DNA of 64,000 nucleotides from Phyllosticta citribraziliensis (Eukaryota): NCBI RefSeq assembly GCF_038025025.1, contig NW_027117339.1, positions 1,116,001 to 1,180,000 of the forward strand, read 5' to 3'. Shown piece by piece: positions 59,325 to 64,000 of this stretch (position 1 is its first letter; each line of letters starts with the position of its first letter). The notes under the pieces were generated by a model. It saw only the letters and a program-made list of their open reading frames with translations, ran no database searches and was not told where the DNA came from. The position numbers and the translations under genes were made by a program.

Positions 59325-60974
59325 TCACGTCGATATGTTTGAAGTCCTACCCAACTCCTCGTCAGCAAACAAATCCCACCACTTGCCTGTTGCAAGCGCG
59401 GCAAAACTCACACAAGGCCAGCCAGAAACCTGATCATACTCGCAGCGCACGCTGACCGCCGAAGCCAGAGCCTCCGCAAGTCCAGCCCTGAACCTGCCAG
59501 CCGCCGCAGCCCCGACGTCGACCGAATAGCGCGAATCGACCGGACAAAACCAAAAGCCGTTGTTCCAGTGCCCTTCGCGCTGATACTCATACCCCCGGCG
59601 TTCCTCGGCGTGTGGGAACTCGATGCAGTAGTAGCGGTCCCTTTGCAATTCATAAAGGGGTCCCAGACGGAGGCGCGCAAGATTGGCAAAGCCATCAAGC
59701 GGGTAGAGGATCGTCTGCCGCACGACACGCTGCCACGATGCATCGATGAGATGGAGCTTGGATAAACTGAGGCGCTTGAGCGACGGGCGCAAAGTGATCA
59801 GGAGACGGTCGAGGTCGCGCGGGCTGACAACGAGGTCGAACAAGTGCAACTTGGTCAGAGAGATGGGGCAGCAGCGCAGAACGCGCGCTACAAAAGACGG
59901 ATCGAAGAAGGTCGAGTCGGCTGGCGCAAAGGACAGGGCGCGTAGATGCGGCAGCGCGGAGAGGAGGTGGAGGAAGATCGTTTGACCCTTTTGCGGCGAC
60001 CAGCCAGGCGGTGCGTTGGTGCGCTGCTCGCCGTTGGAGAGGCGCACGAGCAACTTTGAGACGTCCATTTGGCTAAATTCATGGCTCGGTTTATCGAGGA
60101 CCCATGCGGCGACGCCCTCGCTGTGTGAGATGATGACCTTCTTGACTGAAACGTTGTTCTTGACAACGAGGGACAGCAAGACGGCAGTGCGACGATCCAG
60201 CGCCTCATTATCTGAAGTCGTGACCGCATCCTTGAAGATGCCAGTGTAGTCCCTGACGAACCCAATGCCGCCTGTCGTGCTCCACAAATATGAATAGTCA
60301 TGCGAGCAGACCTGCAGCTCCTTGAGGCAACTCAAGCGGCCCAGTGCTTCGTCTAGCAACTTCTGGTCCTCGTTGGAAGCAAACAGCCATTGCTGGTCGT
60401 AATAGCACCGGTAGCAGCGCGAGCGCATCTGCGCCACGTCTTTGGCCACGCAGTCGACCAGGCGGACGTCGCTCCTTTTGGCCAATACGGGCAAGTTTTC
60501 CTCCCACTCGAGGAACATGTCTTGCGTACCGCCCAGGCTCTCGATGCACCGTGCTAGGCGGGCCTGGTTTAGCATCATCGTATTGACGAAGAGGCGCTGA
60601 ATAGCGTTTGCGATGGGCTCGTTGGCAGTCAGGTGGTGGAACGTCCGCATCGATTCATAGTGCGGCTCGATGAAGATGCGTCCGTTCTTCCGAAATTCGC
60701 TTTCCTGGGCGAGAACGTGCTTGTGGACAAACCAGTACCGCACTTTGTTCTCGAGATCGCGGCATACTAGGCGCAAGTTGAAGACGTCGCGGGGCGGTTC
60801 CGCCACCGCCGCTTTCCCCACCGGAAGCGTGCCAGGAAGAAACGAAATGATGTGCTCGATGAGCTCAGTGGGCAATGTTTGAAGATTCTGACATGGATCC
60901 TCGTAGAATGAAGTGGTAAGACTTCTGGATGGGCGAGTCGACGATTTGGAGGCGACTTCTTCGAGGACTGACAT
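59325..60974 (-). CDS. F-box protein with LRR-like C-terminal region
   Basis: 549 aa single exon. LQTLPTELIEHIISFL...DVFNLRLVCRDL F-box; LxxLxL repeats (LRALSF, LTKLHL, LKRLSL, LARLRL). Confidence 0.8.
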   Translation of the reverse strand: MSVLEEVASKSSTRPSRSLTTSFYEDPCQNLQTLPTELIEHIISFLPGTLPVGKAAVAEPPRDVFNLRLVCRDLENKVRYWFVHKHVLAQESEFRKNGRIFIEPHYESMRTFHHLTANEPIANAIQRLFVNTMMLNQARLARCIESLGGTQDMFLEWEENLPVLAKRSDVRLVDCVAKDVAQMRSRCYRCYYDQQWLFASNEDQKLLDEALGRLSCLKELQVCSHDYSYLWSTTGGIGFVRDYTGIFKDAVTTSDNEALDRRTAVLLSLVVKNNVSVKKVIISHSEGVAAWVLDKPSHEFSQMDVSKLLVRLSNGEQRTNAPPGWSPQKGQTIFLHLLSALPHLRALSFAPADSTFFDPSFVARVLRCCPISLTKLHLFDLVVSPRDLDRLLITLRPSLKRLSLSKLHLIDASWQRVVRQTILYPLDGFANLARLRLGPLYELQRDRYYCIEFPHAEERRGYEYQREGHWNNGFWFCPVDSRYSVDVGAAAAGRFRAGLAEALASAVSVRCEYDQVSGWPCVSFAALATGKWWDLFADEELGRTSNIST

Positions 60975-62269
60975 TATTGGCGCCTTTCACTGCTCTTGAA
61001 TCTCCCGGACCTGAAGCTTTGTATTTTCCTTGATCTCAATGGCGGGTGGAACATAATTGCTGTACAAAAAGTACACGTGGACTGGACGGCATACCAACCG
61101 TCTTACTTCGAGTTTTCTGTCTTTTTTCGATCCATCTTCTCCCGCTTGTCCTTCGACTGCAATTTGATCAGCGACTTGTCCACTTGCAGAGCTCAAGAGT
61201 TCCTACAGATTTGATTTCTACTTGAAAAATTTCCGTTCAAGAGACATGTCGATTGATGCAGCAAGGCAAGGAGGCCTTGGGCAGCATCAGTCACGCGTCA
61301 TTGTTTCGACCCCTGCCATACTCGACCGTCGCGTTAGCCGCATCGGAAACATCATGCGACCTTGTCAAGAGCGATCCGTGATTGCGTATGTCGGGCAAAT
61401 GGCGATTCGCGTGCCGTGTGAGGCATCTAGAAGGCAAAAGCGTTTTCCAGAGGTGTGGTGGAGAGACGGAAGGCGACGAGGATTCTATTTTTAGCTTTGT
61501 CGGATGCGCTACCGAAATCGTGCGAGGAGGCTGGCACTGTCCAATCAAGTGGAGCAGCTCCATGCGCGGCAGCATTTTTATGCGAGTGTAACAGATGATC
61601 TTGGATGATTGGTAGCTGGTGTCAACTTCCCAGTCATGTAGATCTGCTACTCACAGGAGTTGATAGGGGTGGATAAGAATACAAGATCAAATGCATCAAC
61701 GGTGACTCGAAGACGGAAGCATGCGAACAAGACTTTAAGTCTTACGAAAGTGATCGCTGCGGCCATTGGGAAGACGCAATAAAATCACACAGCAAAGCAG
61801 CTAGGTTTGAAAACAAGAAGACGCATCGAGTCAATCTGTAGCGACAGGCTAACCCACGGAAATTCCCAAAAACAGGATAGACGCGAAAATACACGATTGA
61901 TTGAAACCGAGTAAGACTTGAACCCGAACGCAACATCCAGAGGCGTCGCCATCACCAACAGGAACGCCCTCGCGATGATGGCAATGCGAAAGCAAATGCC
62001 CAAACTATACAACAGCGCGACTGAGCGCAAAACTTTTTGATTCCAACAATAGAAAGGCGACTTTTGAAGCAGATACTGACCTCGCGATACCCCCGGGTAT
62101 TTTAGGAAAAAAAGAAGGGTAGCGTGCAAGTGGTCATTGAATCGTGAGTCGTTAGAAAATGGAGAGCGGTTGCCAAAAGAGCAACGACTGCTGGCGTAGT
62201 GGCGGAGGACCGAGAAAAGCAAGCGAAGAGTGGAGAGGTGGAGCAGTTTGGTGCGAGAGAGGTGTCCTT

Positions 62270-63855
62270 TCAAGCGGCACACTTCACCCAACCCCTCCTG
62301 ATGCCCTCCAAAAAGACGCCTTCGTTGACGCGCTCAAACACGCCTTCTTCATCCTTGCCATAGAGTCCTGTGCTGCCGTAAGGACCCTTTCTGCTGATTT
62401 CTCTCTGCCCGGGCCATTCGCCGTCGGCCTCGATTTCTGGGATCTGCAAGTCGCCATGCACAGCATTGACGTGCGGTTCAAAGATGAAGCCACCGAAAAA
62501 CAGCTCCACAGCTAGTTCTTTGCCAAGAGTGCTCCGGCGCCTGATTTGTGCCAGGGCTCTGGCATCAGCGAGTAGCTCCGCAAGAGGCTCCGCAATGCGC
62601 GTGCTGGCCGCACCGAGGGAGCCATAGTCATGGTCGCAGAGACGCAGTGCGCGGACTTGACAGTCGCCGGACCAGCGGACGGATCTGTTGCTGAAGAGGG
62701 CAGAGCACATGGAGGGAATAGAAATGGAGAGGGTGACGAGACGAGGGCAGGAGGCAAGGAGCTCGCAGAGGTGTTCATTGGATGAGGGAGAGCCGGGGTG
62801 AGGATGGTAGAATCCGAATGCGGAACGTGGAGAGTGCTCCAAGACGCGGAGGGTGCGGTGTGAAGACTTGACAATAGCCATGACCCCTGCAAAAAGTCAG
62901 CGGATGCCTGAAAAAAAAAAAAAAAAAAAACTCTCAAGAAGACGTCATACCGTCAATGGAAACCGTGTCGAGGCAGGTGACGTGAAACTCTTCGAGTGCC
63001 GTAGCCGTGCGGGCAATGGCGAATAAGTCATCGTCGGTTATTGGCATGAAGGTGGTGTTTCCAAACAGCTTGAGCTTCTTGAGCTTGCTAAAGTCGACCT
63101 TGTCGGACTGGAATGGTCGATGGTTGACCTGATTTTCGGCGTCCCTGGCCTGCATCTTCGTCAAGATGGTGGCCTGAAGTTCCAAATTTTCAAGAGGACT
63201 CGGGGAGTTGGGACGCAGGATTTGGCACCATTGGTCGGCGTCCAGGTGGCGCGCCATGGTCCAAGGGATGCTCAGGGAAGTCAGGTTTGAACAGCACTTT
63301 AGCGCGCTGAAGATGCGTGAGTTGGTCTCGGCCACGTAGAAACCGTTGAACCACATTCGGCGGATGTTGTCTGCCACGTCAGGATACTGGTTCAAGAGCT
63401 TGACCGTCTGCTTCAGGTTGCAAAAAGGATCGCGATAGACCGAAGCACCCATTGGCCTTTCGATTAGTTCGTAGGCGCCATACGACTCTATCGCCATGGT
63501 TAGATCTTGACTTGAGCTATTGGGGTAGTCGGTAGGATGGCTTACCGCGCTTCATGGGTAATTCAGCCCAACGCTCTGCGCCTTTCCACTTTCGGATGTA
63601 GACGTCTCTCATGGCATACTCGAGGGCCCACGCATGCCATTTCTTGCAAACGGCGCGAATAGCGGCAGCGGCATCCCACCTAAGGATATCTGGAGGCAAC
63701 GGACCGCGAACATATTTCTGCAGGGCGGGCTTCGCCACTAGGCCGGGCGCCTGAGAAAGACCAAAGGTAAAGGTAACGCCATCCCGTTCGTTCAGCTTGG
63801 TCGACTCCTCGAGGATGGTAGACAAGATCTCGTAGGGAAACTCGTTGAGGTGCAT
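62270..63855 (-). CDS. F-box-like/LRR protein
   Basis: MHLNEFPYEILSTILEE...IRAVCKKWH. Introns 63545-63488 and 62950-62887 restore a continuous frame to the TGA at 62270. TATA-like TATATAGG at about 63913-63906. Confidence 0.75.
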
Positions 63856-64000
63856 TGGAGTGTTTGCACGAGTGGGCGGTGGAAAGGTCGACGCGGATGC
63901 CTTTTCCTATATAAAGAAGTCGCGGCGCCAAGGAGGGGGAGCTAGACCTCGTGGGTGCGTGTCGGGACAAAGAGGAGCAAATTTTTTTGCAGAGTCACGA

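Noticed and set aside
61785..62291. 168-aa hydrophobic - strand ORF
   Set aside because: Lies in the T-rich 3'UTR of the third F-box gene, starts at a non-ATG codon and has no family signal.

Overview
Eukaryotic, intron-rich DNA from a filamentous ascomycete (Pezizomycotina; GT-AG introns of about 45-310 nt with CTRAC branch points). The species cannot be named from sequence alone. Bases 1-39.3 kb are mostly conserved housekeeping genes: MSB1-like (partial), DUF3140-like, MADS-box RlmA, peflin, CMC2, prefoldin 2, HapC, a gamma-butyrobetaine-dioxygenase-like gene, TPC1, TPA1, NSR1/nucleolin, ALG6, COX17, RNA1, and an unannotated membrane-anchored protein. Bases 40-64 kb look more accessory: an orphan with beta-repeat motifs, a compact ferric/cupric reductase + PLP cysteine-synthase-like/rhodanese fusion + MFS transporter module, three tandem secreted CFEM genes with a degenerate minisatellite among them, and three F-box genes, one with a nonsense codon in the F-box. 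Best candidates for new biology: (1) the reductase/CysK-rhodanese/MFS(/CFEM) module as a metal-acquisition system, and (2) the 37.7-39.3 kb protein, which has the motif layout of a selective-autophagy receptor (AIM/LIR, VLSSS, C-terminal GxxxG helix). No tRNA, rRNA, CRISPR array or intact transposon was recognised. Exon boundaries were read by eye and family names come from motif recognition, not database searches.
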